From NCBI GenBank assembly GCA_977017575.1, contig CDRNVI010000048.1, positions 248,001 through 312,000 on the forward strand: a stretch of DNA of 64,000 nucleotides, written 5' to 3'. This document shows positions 1 to 10,933 of this stretch, piece after piece; the first letter of the stretch is position 1; every line of letters starts with the position of its first letter. Position numbers and translations under genes: made by a program. Below the pieces are notes generated by a model that was not told the DNA's origin, ran no database searches, and saw only the letters and a list, made by a program, of their open reading frames with translations. The stretch comes from Paramoeba atlantica (lineage: Eukaryota > Protista > Discosea).

Positions 1-121
1 CCCAACTACCCAATTCATGGGATTTTTCTTCGTGGACAGAATTCTGATTAGAATCCATGATTCCAGGGTCGAAAGGTGTGTCCTCAGGATGGTTGTCTGG
101 GTGTGTCTCGTTCATCACCAT
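1..121 (-). CDS. N-terminus of a CRE-clade retrotransposon ORF (family F0), running off the window start
   Basis: Manual translation from ATG at 121: MVMNETHPDNHPEDTPFDPGIMDSNQNSVHEEKSHELGSW. It ends in the GSW(DQF) motif found at the N-terminus of families C, D and E and lies just downstream of an SL-like 36-mer. Not in the ORF track. Confidence 0.75.
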   Translation of the reverse strand, partial: MVMNETHPDNHPEDTPFDPGIMDSNQNSVHEEKSHELGSW

Positions 122-156
122 CAAAAAGAGAGTAGACAAAGAAAAAGAAAATAATT

Positions 157-192
157 CAACAAGGTACAGAAACTGTATCTTTATCGTTAAAG
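157..192 (-). ncRNA. SL-exon-like 36-mer heading family F0 (no intron follows)
   Basis: Minus strand CTTTAACGATAAAGATACAGTTTCTGTACCTTGTTG. It has the kinetoplastid/diplonemid SL core ACAGTTTCTGTAC and a TTG end, but is followed by AATT rather than a GT donor. Confidence 0.8.
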
Positions 193-562
193 AATCCTTA
201 AAATCCTTTTTTTTTTTTTTTTTTTTTTTGGGAAAGATTAGTTGTGTTAATAAAAGTTGCTATATCGGCAGTCTTGATTTTTTTTTTTTTTTTTTGATAA
301 GTAGCGTACAAGACTGAAAAATTCTTTCTTCTAAAATATATTCTATTTTTTTTATTGTCCTAAGAATCTTCTAATATATTTCTCCAAAAACCACTCTATC
401 TTTTTTTTTTCTCTTAATTTGTTGAGCTCTCCTGTACCTATCTGCTCCATAATACATTAATAGAAATATCTTTTTTTTCCACCTCAAACGTTCAAGACTG
501 AAAAATTCTTTCTTCTAAAATATATTCTTCTTTGCTGAGTAGTGTTCAGCGAAAGATCCCGC

Positions 563-1750
563 TTTTTTTTTTTTATATTACCCATTATGCGAACCAAGTA
601 GGTCCATTGGGGGGGATATGAATGTATGTAAATTTCTTAGTTTTTCCTCCTTCCACAAGCAATCAGCCCACCCCAAATTAGCAAAAAATTTCCCCCCACG
701 AAGCCGCCTCCCTGAAGAGAAATGCAGTGAAAAAGTGACACCCGAAAGGTAAAAACACCCGGGGGTTTTTTCTATCCCCCCCACACTTTGCCCTACCCCC
801 CACAATTAAATCCCAGCTCGTACCGGTTGAGCTCGCGAGTAGAAAACCCATTTCGCATGAACATTACTCTTCAATTCCGTATCCATTAATAATCGCGTCG
901 GGGGATGATGTAGGCAGCCGCAATACGAGCATACGAGCTTGTGCCCTCATTAGGGCGACGTTTAGTGTCGTCCCCAGTTGGTGTAGTGCTTCCCCCTTCG
1001 AGAGCGTGCCCCCGGAGTACGCTGCCCGGGAAGTGGAGACTTCCTTGAGTATCGCGAAGGAACTGGGGCACCATGCCCCGTATGACTCCACCACCATAGC
1101 GCCAAACTTGTGACGCGCTGCGTCTGCTTCCTCTCTTTGTTTCTTCTTGTTCTCCGTTGCGTAGCGCTCCGCAAAAGACCCCGCCTTCACCCAGTTAGCA
1201 TCACGGACTAAGTCCGTATACTTTGGCTGCTGAACATGAGTGACAGCGAAGTCTAATACAAGAGACTGGCCTACGTCGAAAGTAGAGAGGAAGACGTCCC
1301 CTGGCCTAGTGAGGGCGCCCCCAGGACCCGTGTTCCCCAGGCTCACTTCTCGCCGCGGGGTAAACCCAGCTTTCGCGCATTCTGAGGAGAACTGTCCCAC
1401 TATAGCGTTGTGTCGTGCTATGATACCGTGCCCGCACTTGCATACCAGTGCGTGATCACCCTCGGGGTCAAGTGGCAGGGCGCATTTCTCCATAGGACAT
1501 GGCCGGGAAGCCGGATAAATAGCGTCTCCGAGCCACCACCGCACAAGAGTACGAAATTCAGTTGGTGTGTAGGCTAAGCCGCTTTTCTTAGAGGGGATTA
1601 CGAAAGCCCACTCCGAGGCCCCTTCTCCCGTTTCCGATATCCATCTGGCCCTCGTTCGGAGATCGGCACGAGAAAAGGCCTCCCGAAATTCGCGGGAGGC
1701 GATGGCATGACTAAGATCACGCTGGATGGCATGACTAAGATCACGCTGGC
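563..1750 (-). mobile_element. 5'-truncated CRE-clade element, family A' (CCHC knuckle + REL endonuclease, 3' UTR, poly(A))
   Basis: Frame open 1724-864 (QRDLSHAI...CPMEKC...HALVC...RHN...PGDVF...DFAVTH...VESYGAW...GYGIEE*). 3' UTR 863-576, poly(A) 575-563, and a 24-nt tandem duplication (1701-1748) at the 5' break. Confidence 0.9.
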
Positions 1751-2081
1751 AAAAGTAGCACGGGTAGGTTATATATTCTATTTTTTTTTTTTTTTTAGTG
1801 GCTACTCTTACTCTTGCTGTCTTCTTTGGCTTAACGCTGTGAAGTTTTTTTTTTTTTTTTGAGAGGTCGTTGGCTGGAGAGCGAGTTCAGCGCTGGCAAA
1901 TCCATTAGAGTTTTTTTTTTTTTTTTTTTTTTTTACAATTATATTCGATAATTGGTATTAAGACCATAATATCTACTCCATAATACATTAATAGAAATAT
2001 CTTTTTTTTTCCACCTCAAACGTTCAAGACTGAAAAATTCTTTCTTCTAAAATATATTCTATTTTTTTTTTTTTTTTTTTT

Positions 2082-2727
2082 GCGATTAATAAGGGGGGAG
2101 AAGTATGAAACGCGGCATTGCCTCTATATTACCCAATACATGAACCATGAAGGTCCATTGGGGGGGGTATATGATTTGTAAACAAGCAATCAAATTAGCA
2201 ATTTCACATGTTGTAGCCCAAAACTAGTAATTCAACCTGCCTTAAGTTATTTATGATTCTGATAACAATAATAATAAAAAAGGAAGCAATCCACGCCCAA
2301 TCCATCCGCGCGTTCCGGACCGGGTCTTTCGACCTCTCCACGGCCTGACTTGTAAACCCTTCCCTTGTTATATGGGAGGGCGCAGGCGCGGGCCTGTGTC
2401 GGCAGCGACACGGTCACGAAACAGGATGCTGGCCGACGGGGAGGAGATTCACTACCCGTGTACTACCTCACTTGGGGTACCTAGCCCTCGCGGACTAGGC
2501 GTGAGTATAGACTCTGTCGACTCGACCAGCATCCCGACCAGCTCTTCATGGGTGCAAACGTGTTCCCGTGCCAAAAGGGGCGCGGTCGACGTTTACGAAC
2601 GTTTACACCTCCGTAGGAGAGAGCGGATCCTCAGGAAGTAAACGAGTAACCATCATGCGCGCCTGAAGGCGCATGAGGGTGACGTTCAGCTCCGTAAAGA
2701 TTCTGCTCGTGGCTTCCCCCTCTGTCT
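2082..2727 (-). mobile_element. 3' end of CRE family F8 (about 40 C-terminal codons + structured 3' UTR + poly(A))
   Basis: 2727-2603 translates TEGEATSRIFTELNVTLMRLQARMMVTRLLPEDPLSPTEV*, homologous to the C-termini of families C and G. It is followed by the conserved structured UTR and the shared terminal module. Confidence 0.85.
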
Positions 2728-2954
2728 TTTTTTTTTTTTTTTTTTGCGATTAATAAGGGGGGAGAAGTATGAAACGCGGCATTGCCTCTATATTACCCAA
2801 TACATGAACCATGAAGGTCCATTGGGGGGGGTATATGATTTGTAAACAAGCAATCAAATTAGCAATTTCACATGTTGTAGCCCAAAACTAGTAATTCAAC
2901 CTGCCTTAAGTGTGTCTTAACCTGTCTAACCTGTCTTTTTTTTTTTTTTTTTTT

Positions 2955-3137
2955 CTGAGCCTTCTCCCAAAGATCGTTCGTATTATCCTAAATCTCGCAG
3001 GCATTCTAAACACGGATAATCGTTGTGAATAATAATAAGAACTTTTAAGAGCTTTTCTAATGTGCGAACTTGTTGGTCGACTCACTGACGCAGTCCACCA
3101 ATCCAATGTGCTTCTGGAATATACTCGCGGAGCTGCG
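2955..3137 (-). mobile_element. Probable 3' end of a SLACS/CZAR-like element (second family) with poly(A)
   Basis: Translates TIVSQLREYIPEAHWIGGLRQ*, weakly resembling the C-terminus at 14093-14240 (YTIV...YPEGH). It is bounded by poly(A) on both sides. Confidence 0.4.
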
Positions 3138-3171
3138 ATACAATAGTATTTTTGATTTTTTTTTTGATTTT

Positions 3172-3612
3172 TTTAGGCATTATATCTCCGAGGAGATGTT
3201 ACCTCCCTAGAACAAGCCCCCCCTTATCGCTTGCTAGGAGCTGTGCCACGCAGCACGCAAGTCAAATCCGAAGATTTCACCAGATCGAGCGCGAGCAGCC
3301 AGCTTATCTTTTCTTTTTTTTAACCCCTTTCATATACTACAAGATCTTCTTTATGAAAAAAACACTTCTTTTGAAGTGAAAAAACACAACACACTCCAAA
3401 GATTATGCTGAATGACACCCACCCTAGTTCCTTAGTACCTTGTTATATCCGGTACCGGGCGGTGTCATTCTCACGCTGCAATGTCTGGGTGACCGTTACC
3501 CTAGTTATTTTGTGCCTTGTTTTGCTGGCACCGGGTAGTGTCATCCGCGGGGCCTTGATCGTACCCACCCTAGGTATGTAGCGTCTTGTTGTGCGACGCC
3601 GGGTGAGTGCCA
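3172..3612 (-). mobile_element. Poly(A)-tailed copy of the structured non-coding element also inserted at 15393-15909
   Basis: Near-identical to the reverse complement of 15466-15892. It ends ...GGAGATATAATGCCTAA-poly(A). Confidence 0.85.
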
Positions 3613-3655
3613 CCTTAGAGGTCCTCCTCGATCTCGTTATTGTGTGCTTTACCTT

Positions 3656-4323
3656 GAAATCCACGCCGAGGGGGCTCCATGAAACTTATAAGTAACAAAG
3701 AAATATAAGTAAATACCTATGACTAATATAATCACACTTCCAAATCGTCCCAAAATCAAAGAACACATAATACGTTATATAGATAGAATTCACATGCACA
3801 AACAAGTTCAAAAGAAAGCCTGCATAAAACCAATAATAATGTGTCACGTTGTTAACGGGATTCCCCCCCACCGGAACCCTCGGCCAAATGGCTGGGGGCT
3901 TGGTGGGTTGGCACAAAAACTTAAAGCAAAGTAAAATAACAACCTAACAAGGATATATAAGATAATAGTAAATACCCATCCCATGTAAAATTCTGAATAC
4001 AAATCATAATTCGAAGAAACTATGTGCCCCGAAGGGCCAGCAGGCAAATACATAACAGCCCCTCGGCTAAATTTCAAAACGTGGACTATTAGAAATCCAC
4101 GCCGAGGGGGCTCCATGAAACTTATAAGTAACAAAGAAATATAAGTAAATACCTATGACTAATATAATCACACTTCCAAATCGTCCCAAAATCAAAGAAC
4201 ACATAATACGATATATAGATAGAATTCACATGCACAAACAAGTTCAAAAGAAAGCCTGCATAAAACCAATAATAATGTGTCACGTTGTTAACGGGATTCC
4301 CCCCCACCGGAACCCTCGGCCAA
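3656..4323. repeat. 232-bp direct repeat (3656-3887 / 4092-4323, period 436) around an AT-rich spacer that recurs at 13919-14093
   Basis: Direct sequence comparison. Confidence 0.85.
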
Positions 4324-4483
4324 CCTGCCCACACACACGTCACACAATCAATATAAATAACCAAAGAAATGCCCAATCACATAGTAAAATAATTTTTCAT
4401 ATACCATCCCAGAACTCACAAAAGGATAACGATAGCAATAGATGACCAGTCCACTGCCACGCCCTTTACAAGCTCACACGAGC

Positions 4484-4712
4484 TACGCAGGTTACGCTTT
4501 TAACCTCTGCCCTAGACCAACTTGTGTACCTAGAAGTGTGGAGCAACTAGGCGTGATGCGTAGGGCCGTGTCAACAGTGACGCGGCTAAAAAACATTAAG
4601 GCGCTAACCGCAGAGCAAAGGAAACCTTTACTCATCTCTACCTCACATTGGGGAACCTTGCTTCCGAAAAAACAAGGCGTGAGAATAAAGAGCTGTTAAC
4701 CGATTAACATCC
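4484..4712 (-). ncRNA. Divergent homolog of the CRE structured 3'-UTR RNA (family not otherwise represented)
   Basis: Same ordered motifs as the C/D/E/G UTRs (CTCAC-G-hairpin-TTCCCCAATGTGAG; GCGTC/GACAC hairpin; GGTTA/TAACC hairpin) with compensatory changes. Confidence 0.7.
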
Positions 4713-5093
4713 ATAACCTTCCAAAATTATAGGGACAACCTCCAAACCCCAGGACCCCGTCCGCTTTTTTTCTTTCTTTTTTTTTTTTTTTTGTCTTTGT
4801 TTTTTTTCTTTTTTTCTTGTCTTTGTTTTTTTTTCTTTTTTTCTTGTCTTGTTTTTTTTTTTTGACGATAGCAATGTGTTTTGCATTTATTACAACTGTC
4901 CAATTACGTATCCAAAAGTCTTAATCCCGAAACTAGCAAACCAAAAACTAGCAAAACCCCTACCTCCCCTCAAAACGCCAACCCCGTACCTTAAAATCCG
5001 CAGGAAATCCGGACGCTGGCCACATCCCCCCATCATAGAAAAGGGCCCCCCACCCAAGAAAACTCCCAAGAAAATCCGCGGGTTCCACGAAGA

Positions 5094-6814
5094 CTACTCT
5101 TCGTTCCCGTACCCATTAACACAGATATCGGGGGAGGCTGCGGGGAGGCGCAGTACAAGCATACGAGCTTGTGTCCTCATGAGGGCGACGTTCAGCGTTG
5201 TCACCAGTTGATGAAGGGCTTCACCCTTCGAGAGTCCCCCGGAGTACGCTGACCGTGAAGCAGCTACCTCCTTGAGAATGGCGAAGGCACTGGGACTCCA
5301 TGCCCCGTAGGTCTCCACCACCATAGCACCAAACCTGTGGCGTGCGGCTTCTGCTTCCTCTCTTTGTTTCTTTTTATTTTCCGTCGCGTAGCGCTCCGCG
5401 AAAGACCCCGCTGCCACCCAGTTAGCGTCACGGACTAAGTCCGTATACTTTGGCTGCTGGACGTGAGTGACAGCGAAGTCTAATACGAGAGACTGGCCTA
5501 CGTCGAATGTGGAAAGAAATACGTCCGCTGGCCTGGTGAGGGTGCCTCCGGGGCCCGTATTCCCCAGACTCACTTCTCGCCGTGGGGTAAACCCGGCTTT
5601 GGCACACTCTGTTGTGAACTGTCCCGCAATGGCGTTGTGCCGTGCGATTATGCCGTGCCCGCACTTGCATACCAGTGCGTGGTCACCCTCGGGGTCAAGC
5701 GGCAACGAGCATTTCTCCAGAGGACAGGGCCGGAAAGCTGGGTAAATAGTATCCCCGAGCCACCAACACACAAGAGTACGGAATTCAGTCGGTGTGTAGG
5801 CTAAGCCGCTTTTCTTGGAAGGGATTACGAAAGCCCACTCCGAGGCCCCTTCTCCCGTTTCCGATGTCCATCTGGCCCTCGTTCGAAGGTCGGCACGAGC
5901 AAACGACTCCCGAAATTCGTAGGAAGCGATGGCATGACTCAGATCGCGTTGGCGAGGAATTACCAGCTCTGTGCTAGGTTCTTGTGCATCGTTATTCGAG
6001 TTAAGCGTGGTCATCGACAATGCGAGGCTTTTTGATATTAATCCGCACTGTTCGACGACTGCCGTCCCGGTGCGTTTGTTGACCTCCCGAACAGCTTGGG
6101 TGAACCCCTCAGCGTCCTCTGGGTCCCACCGGTCTTTGTTTGATGCAAAAGCGACGGAGGCTACGTAGGCGGAACTCGCGTGTTCCTCCGCTGACCGGAG
6201 CCCCAACCCCCCGTACCGCTTTTCACGTTGAGCCTGGCGTCGGGCCCCATCGCTCAGAGGGCGAAAGAAGTGTTCAGTGGTACGCTGGACGGCATCGTCC
6301 AGGCGTTTGCAGATATCCTGTAGTTCAGCGGTCGGAGTGGATCTGAGAGAGTACACCATTTGACAGAAACCGGTACAGTGTCGGATCAGAGACAATGCAA
6401 TCTGGGGATCATCAAGCGTGGTTATGGCCTCCAACGGCTCTTCGGCTAAGTCGATTGCGTTTTTGAGGAAGAACTCTCGGCAAAATTGGGTGGATCCAAC
6501 CGGGCTCCCCAAAATATGGAAATTACCTTCCCCATTTTTGTTCAAACCGGGAATGTCGGGGAAAAGGGAAGAACGGTGGGAGGAAGCGGGGTGTGATATA
6601 AGCTCGCACTTTGCTACGTTGAGGTGTAATCCCCATTTTGGGCCGGTTATCGCAATCACGTCTAGAGCATGCCGTACGTCGCAAGATGGTCCTGCTAGTA
6701 CCCCGTCATCCAAGAACCACAGGTTGAGGTCGAGGTTTGGGGCGGCCACACGGATTTTCCATGCGACTTCTTTCATGACCAGTGAGAAAAGAAGAGGTCC
6801 AAGCGGGTCGCCTT
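5094..6814 (-). pseudogene. Family A ORF, 3' part (RT C-half, thumb, CCHC, REL endonuclease)
   Basis: ORF track 5094..6824. The first residues of that ORF come from the SINE tail. Confidence 0.9.
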
Positions 6815-7199
6815 CCAAATCCAAAAATCCAAATCATTCCGGATTGCTCCGGATGGTCACTGGCAAGCCAGACCCTTCACAGACAGATTTGGAAGTTCCA
6901 AGGCCGACGTCCTCTACCAGTTTCCGCTTGTCCAAGGCGGCACCAACGTGCTGTTACCAACACGCTGCGTCAACGAACTGTACGTCAACACGGCTTACCC
7001 AAGAGGTGTAAGCCGGGTAAGGGAGCTGGTTCCCTGAGGGGAGGGTCCGGGACGGTCCTCCGAGTACTGGGCCTAGTCGGTTATCAGCCCAGCCTCTTAG
7101 AGTGAGGCCGCCGGGAATATTGCGATGAGCGGGTTTGAACTCGCCGTCTGAGCACCATGTGCTTCAAACTTTGAATTCTTGCCACTCCGCCACCTCCGC
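6815..7199 (-). mobile_element. tRNA-headed SINE, copy 1 (~385 bp, GGATTT-repeat tail)
   Basis: A box TGGCGGAGTGG, B box GTTCAAACC, terminal hairpin TCCGGA-GCAA-TCCGGA and tail GATTTGGATTTTTGGATTTG. Near-identical to 11710-12098. Confidence 0.85.
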
Positions 7200-7203
7200 T
7201 CTA

Positions 7204-7322
7204 AGAGTACAACACTCAGGGTTCCCGAGCGATCGCTCACCTCAGTACTAACTGAGCCTGACGGTGCTTAACTTCACAAAGCGAACGGGATGTGGTGTTT
7301 TCACCGTAGTATGGTCGTACCC
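7204..7322 (-). rRNA. 5S rRNA copy (119 nt), retro-inserted upstream of SINE copy 1
   Basis: GGGTACGACCATACTACGGTGAAAACACCACATCCCGTTCGCTTTGTGAAGTTAAGC...GTTAGTAC...GTGTTGTACTCT, closely following the trypanosomatid 5S pattern. Confidence 0.92.
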
Positions 7323-7349
7323 ATTAGTATGGTCGTACCCAATTAGTAT

Positions 7350-9204
7350 GGTCGCCTTGCTGTACCCCTTCGGAGGATTCGATGGTCCGGGAACCAAAGG
7401 TAAGAATGCTTCCCGCATTGTAGCACCATTCCACATAGCAACCCAGTTTAGGGAAGTGGCGGCGCGCTAGGGCCGTAAAAGAATCTCGCGAAACATTATT
7501 AAATGCGTTTTTTAGATCGACTTTACAAAGTATGAAGTCGTCGTCGTCAATGTGTTCAGCGATGGTCTTCCGGCAGAGATGTATCACACGCTCTGAACCC
7601 GCAGGTGTGGCTACACCATACTGGTGTCCTTTGAAAAGTTTGCGGGCTTGTTCTTTAGCCGCGAAGCAGGCTACTTTGCTTGTCAGGCGACGAAGAGTTT
7701 CCCCTGCGGCAATAGGGCGTACGTCACGTTCCCCTTTCTCCAGGGCGCACAACCGACCACCTGCATAGTGACCTTTGACTTCTAACGGCACTTTTCCTGC
7801 GAGCATGTGGTTGACGAACTTGGTGAGAGTGCCCAGAGGGTCGGTATAAGCGTCGTGATGATATTGCATGGCTGTCTGAAGGTGCTCGGGTCGCAGACCA
7901 AAGGCCCCACCTGAGGACCCTCGGTGAAAGGTGGAAAGAGCTTCGGCCACTTCTTCCTCAGTCGCTTTAAGTGGCTCAACGTCCCGAGCCGGAAAGCAGT
8001 CCACGTTGGAGGTGGAGAGTCTGGGTGGGTGCTTAGACAGGAGTTTCGCATAGGTCGCTTCATCGTCAGGGGCGAGAGGTTCAGAAGTCAGGGCAGTCAT
8101 AGCGCGAGAAAGCTCCGAGTCGCGAACAAGCCGTTTAGCGCGTAAAGCCGCTTTCTTGATCTCGTCGTCAATGTCTTGCGCTTGTGCTACACTTTTCTTT
8201 TTCCGTACGAGACTAGAAACCGCTTCGTTCCATAGCGCTAAGAATTCTCCATTGCGCCATCTAGCTAGACACTTCTTCACATGGGAAGCGTACGACGCTT
8301 TCGCGCGGTTCCCTCCGCGGTGGGGGGCAGGTAAAACGCACTTGGGCAACATGGCGAGAAGCGTCCACGCTTGGAGTGTGTTTTCGCAGATCGCCGTAGA
8401 TATACATCCACAAAGCGTCTTGGCCCATTCTTGTCGGCAGCGATCTGGGATGTCCTTGCAAGTATTTATTGGCAGAGCGCTCACGGAAGATAAACTCGGA
8501 AGGGGTAGATCGACCTGGGCGCTCTGACTTTCCGTGGATTGGTCAGCTGGTGCGGAGGCCGCGCAAAGATCTGGTTGGGGGGTGTCATTGAGATGAGGAT
8601 TCGCTGCAGGGATGATGTTGCTGCTCGGAGGGGTTGTCTGTGGGATTTGAGGTAGTGAACGGCGGGACGTGCAACTCTTCGTGTGCGTGTCCCGTTTGCC
8701 TAGGTCATAGTGTTTGTTGCACTCCTTGCAAAGAAAGCGACCTTCTTCTATCCACCACGTATCCGGGACCTGGTCCCCGTGTCTGCGGGCTATGTGGTTA
8801 TAGAATGCTTGCCACTGCCCCCCGTGAGACAATGTTTTCCATGCGCATCCCTGGAAATGACACTTCCGTACGTTTACATTTTCGATGGATGCCTCTTCTC
8901 GTGTATGCCCTCTTCTCGTGGATGCCTCTTCTCGTGTAGCGTGGAGTGTCTTGGCTATGTGGTGGGGTTTCTCGGCGCCCATGGGCTCGGCGGGCCTGAT
9001 TTTCGACACCTGGTGACGTTTACGTTTCCCTGGCGATGTGGTTCGGTTCCGTCCGTCGTGGAACATTTCTCCCGAGGAGCTGTCCACATGTTCTGTTACA
9101 GGAGTACATGGCCTGGAGGAGTTCAAAATGGAGTCTGTGTTGTCCCGGTCTTCGCTGTCCACCCCGGACTCGGCACTCAGCTCGACAGTAGCCCCAGTTG
9201 TCTT
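7350..9204 (-). pseudogene. Family A ORF, 5' part (C2H2 + C2HC Zn fingers, RT N-half)
   Basis: CHFQGC...YNHIARRH, FLCKECNKHY...HTKSC, GLRPEHL, VRPIAAGETLRRL, VDLKNAFN, GVQQGD. Confidence 0.9.
8886..8939. repeat. Three ~18-bp coding repeats (TREEAS-like) in the family A N-terminal region
   Basis: (GAT)GCCTCTTCTCGTG x3 on the plus strand. Confidence 0.7.
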
Positions 9205-9248
9205 GTTTTTTTTTTTTTTTTTTTTTTTGTATTTGGTGATCCTGTCCC

Positions 9249-10922
9249 TTAGGGCTTTCTCTGAATATGACTGCCTACCTTACTAATGTCTCTCTCGATC
9301 TTACCTTCGTATCTCTCGACCTTCTCCATCTCAATCTCCTTCCCGCGACTGACAGCATCCGCCGGGTTCTCATCCGTGGATATATACGCTGCCTTGACAC
9401 AAATACCTTTCTCCTCTGTCAGTCGCAGGACTTCGCGCAATTCCATTGAAACCCCCTCTGACTTGGAGATCCTCCTGTTCAGTGCAGCCTGACAGGAGGT
9501 GTTGTCAACAAAAACATCCAAGCAGGTTCCACGGGGGCAATGCGCGGAAAACTTCTCGAGGGCTAAGCGGACTGCTGCAGCTTCCGCACGATTCACCTCA
9601 TACGAGGATGACTCAGGCCACGCCTCTCCCGTAATCAAAACCTCTCCGCTGTCTAAATACATAATCGCTCCCCACCCTTTCACCGAGGCATCGGTGTAGA
9701 GACGATGCTTGTGTGGAACAACATCGGGATGGGGAGGTGGAGACCGTGGAACATTCTCCAACAACTCGTTTCTCCACTCTGCTAGCATGGAGCGAGTGAC
9801 GACAGGGAGTGCGACCGGACGGTCACATAACTTCGGGCAACGGTTCAACAAGTTGATACGCCGTTGCGCCACCTTCAAAGCGAAATAAAACCGCGGCATA
9901 TTGAGTCGGAGAACTGCGGAGCCATAAATGAGGCGCCCCACCACCGCCTCTAGGTCAACAAAGGAAATGTTGAAGAAAGAGTCGGCTCGCAGTTTCCTGA
10001 TCACTCGCGGTCCCAGGCAGACCGTATGCGCGTTATGGTCGAACGCCACCCCATTGAACACGTACTGTGGTACAGGGGGCTGACCCCGATCTTTGAAAAG
10101 ACCGTTCGCTTTGTCGCAACGCTCGTCAATGAATTGAGCGTACGTGGTGGCCTCGGAGTCGGTTCCTGCAAACCGAACTCCGTCAACATAAACGTCGATA
10201 GCGCCTCGGTGAAACGAGTAGCGCTGAGAACAAATCGACGCCTCGCCAGCAATCGCGGCGGTAACCGTGTGCATAACCTCCGGTGCACACCTATGGCCCA
10301 TCGGGAGGACGTTCATCTCATACACGTCTCCACTGTTCGTTCTAAGGCGGAATTTGGGCCGCGCCCTCTTCGGGATACCAATCTGGTAAAACCCGCATGT
10401 GAAGTCCCGCTTCACAGCCATCGGCTCGTGCGCCTTATGAAGATACTTGGAGGGATGATATAATGGGACCTTTGGTTCATATGATTTTAATCTATCGTTA
10501 TCGTCCCTTGTCCATGAAATAAATCTTCTGCGCTGATTGCCCTCATCATCGGTCTCCACAACCGTGAAGGGAATCATGAACTGCATCGATGGGCGCTTTC
10601 TCAACTCCTGCGCCGGGACCTTAGAGATTATGCCTGCGTCCTCCAACAATCGGACGTCCGCCTCAGGCAATGAACCTTTCACACTAGGTTCGGGGTACGG
10701 GGCTTTAGGTACCCATAATAATTCATCCACTACCTTGCGAAAACGAGTGGCAGCTGACATACTCATCCACTCCTTAACCTGATCCAAATGGATAACAGGT
10801 ATCGACTTCTTAACGTGCAAAGGTAGGTGAGCGTCGTGTGCCTTGGCTAGCCGTGAAGAGCGGCGTGCACAAACAACGGAGTGCCTGCGAAGGTAAGGCA
10901 CTTCCTCGAAGCACTTTGCCAC
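9249..10922 (-). CDS. DIRS/VIPER-type reverse transcriptase + RNase H
   Basis: RDFTCGFYQI, LPMGHRCAP, YVDG; RNase H LYTDAS...NRAEAAAV...FVDN...ENPADAVSR. Confidence 0.88.
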   Translation of the reverse strand: MAKCFEEVPYLRRHSVVCARRSSRLAKAHDAHLPLHVKKSIPVIHLDQVKEWMSMSAATRFRKVVDELLWVPKAPYPEPSVKGSLPEADVRLLEDAGIISKVPAQELRKRPSMQFMIPFTVVETDDEGNQRRRFISWTRDDNDRLKSYEPKVPLYHPSKYLHKAHEPMAVKRDFTCGFYQIGIPKRARPKFRLRTNSGDVYEMNVLPMGHRCAPEVMHTVTAAIAGEASICSQRYSFHRGAIDVYVDGVRFAGTDSEATTYAQFIDERCDKANGLFKDRGQPPVPQYVFNGVAFDHNAHTVCLGPRVIRKLRADSFFNISFVDLEAVVGRLIYGSAVLRLNMPRFYFALKVAQRRINLLNRCPKLCDRPVALPVVTRSMLAEWRNELLENVPRSPPPHPDVVPHKHRLYTDASVKGWGAIMYLDSGEVLITGEAWPESSSYEVNRAEAAAVRLALEKFSAHCPRGTCLDVFVDNTSCQAALNRRISKSEGVSMELREVLRLTEEKGICVKAAYISTDENPADAVSRGKEIEMEKVERYEGKIERDISKVGSHIQRKP

Positions 10923-10933
10923 GTGCTACGAGG

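Larger units (their letters stand above)
4864..9204 (-). mobile_element. 5'-truncated CRE-clade element, family A, with its RT split by a 5S-SINE insertion
   Basis: 9204-7350 encodes two Zn fingers and RT up to GVQQGD. 6814-5094 continues GDPLGPLLF...WFLDDG...GGLGLRS...REL endonuclease...GYGNEE*. A 9-bp TSD (AAGGCGACC) lies at 6806-6814 and 7350-7358. Confidence 0.92.

Noticed and set aside
157-192. Functional SL RNA genes
   Set aside because: None of the nine SL-like copies is followed by a GT donor and intron or preceded by a constant promoter region.
230-297. Kinetoplast guide RNAs (short sequence + oligo-U) read on the plus strand
   Set aside because: Every identifiable element places these tracts as minus-strand poly(A), and there are no minicircle conserved blocks or gRNA-like composition.
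7110-7199. Genuine tRNA gene at the SINE head
   Set aside because: A/B boxes are present, but the anticodon arm is non-canonical and the sequence continues into a 300-bp body with a TSD.
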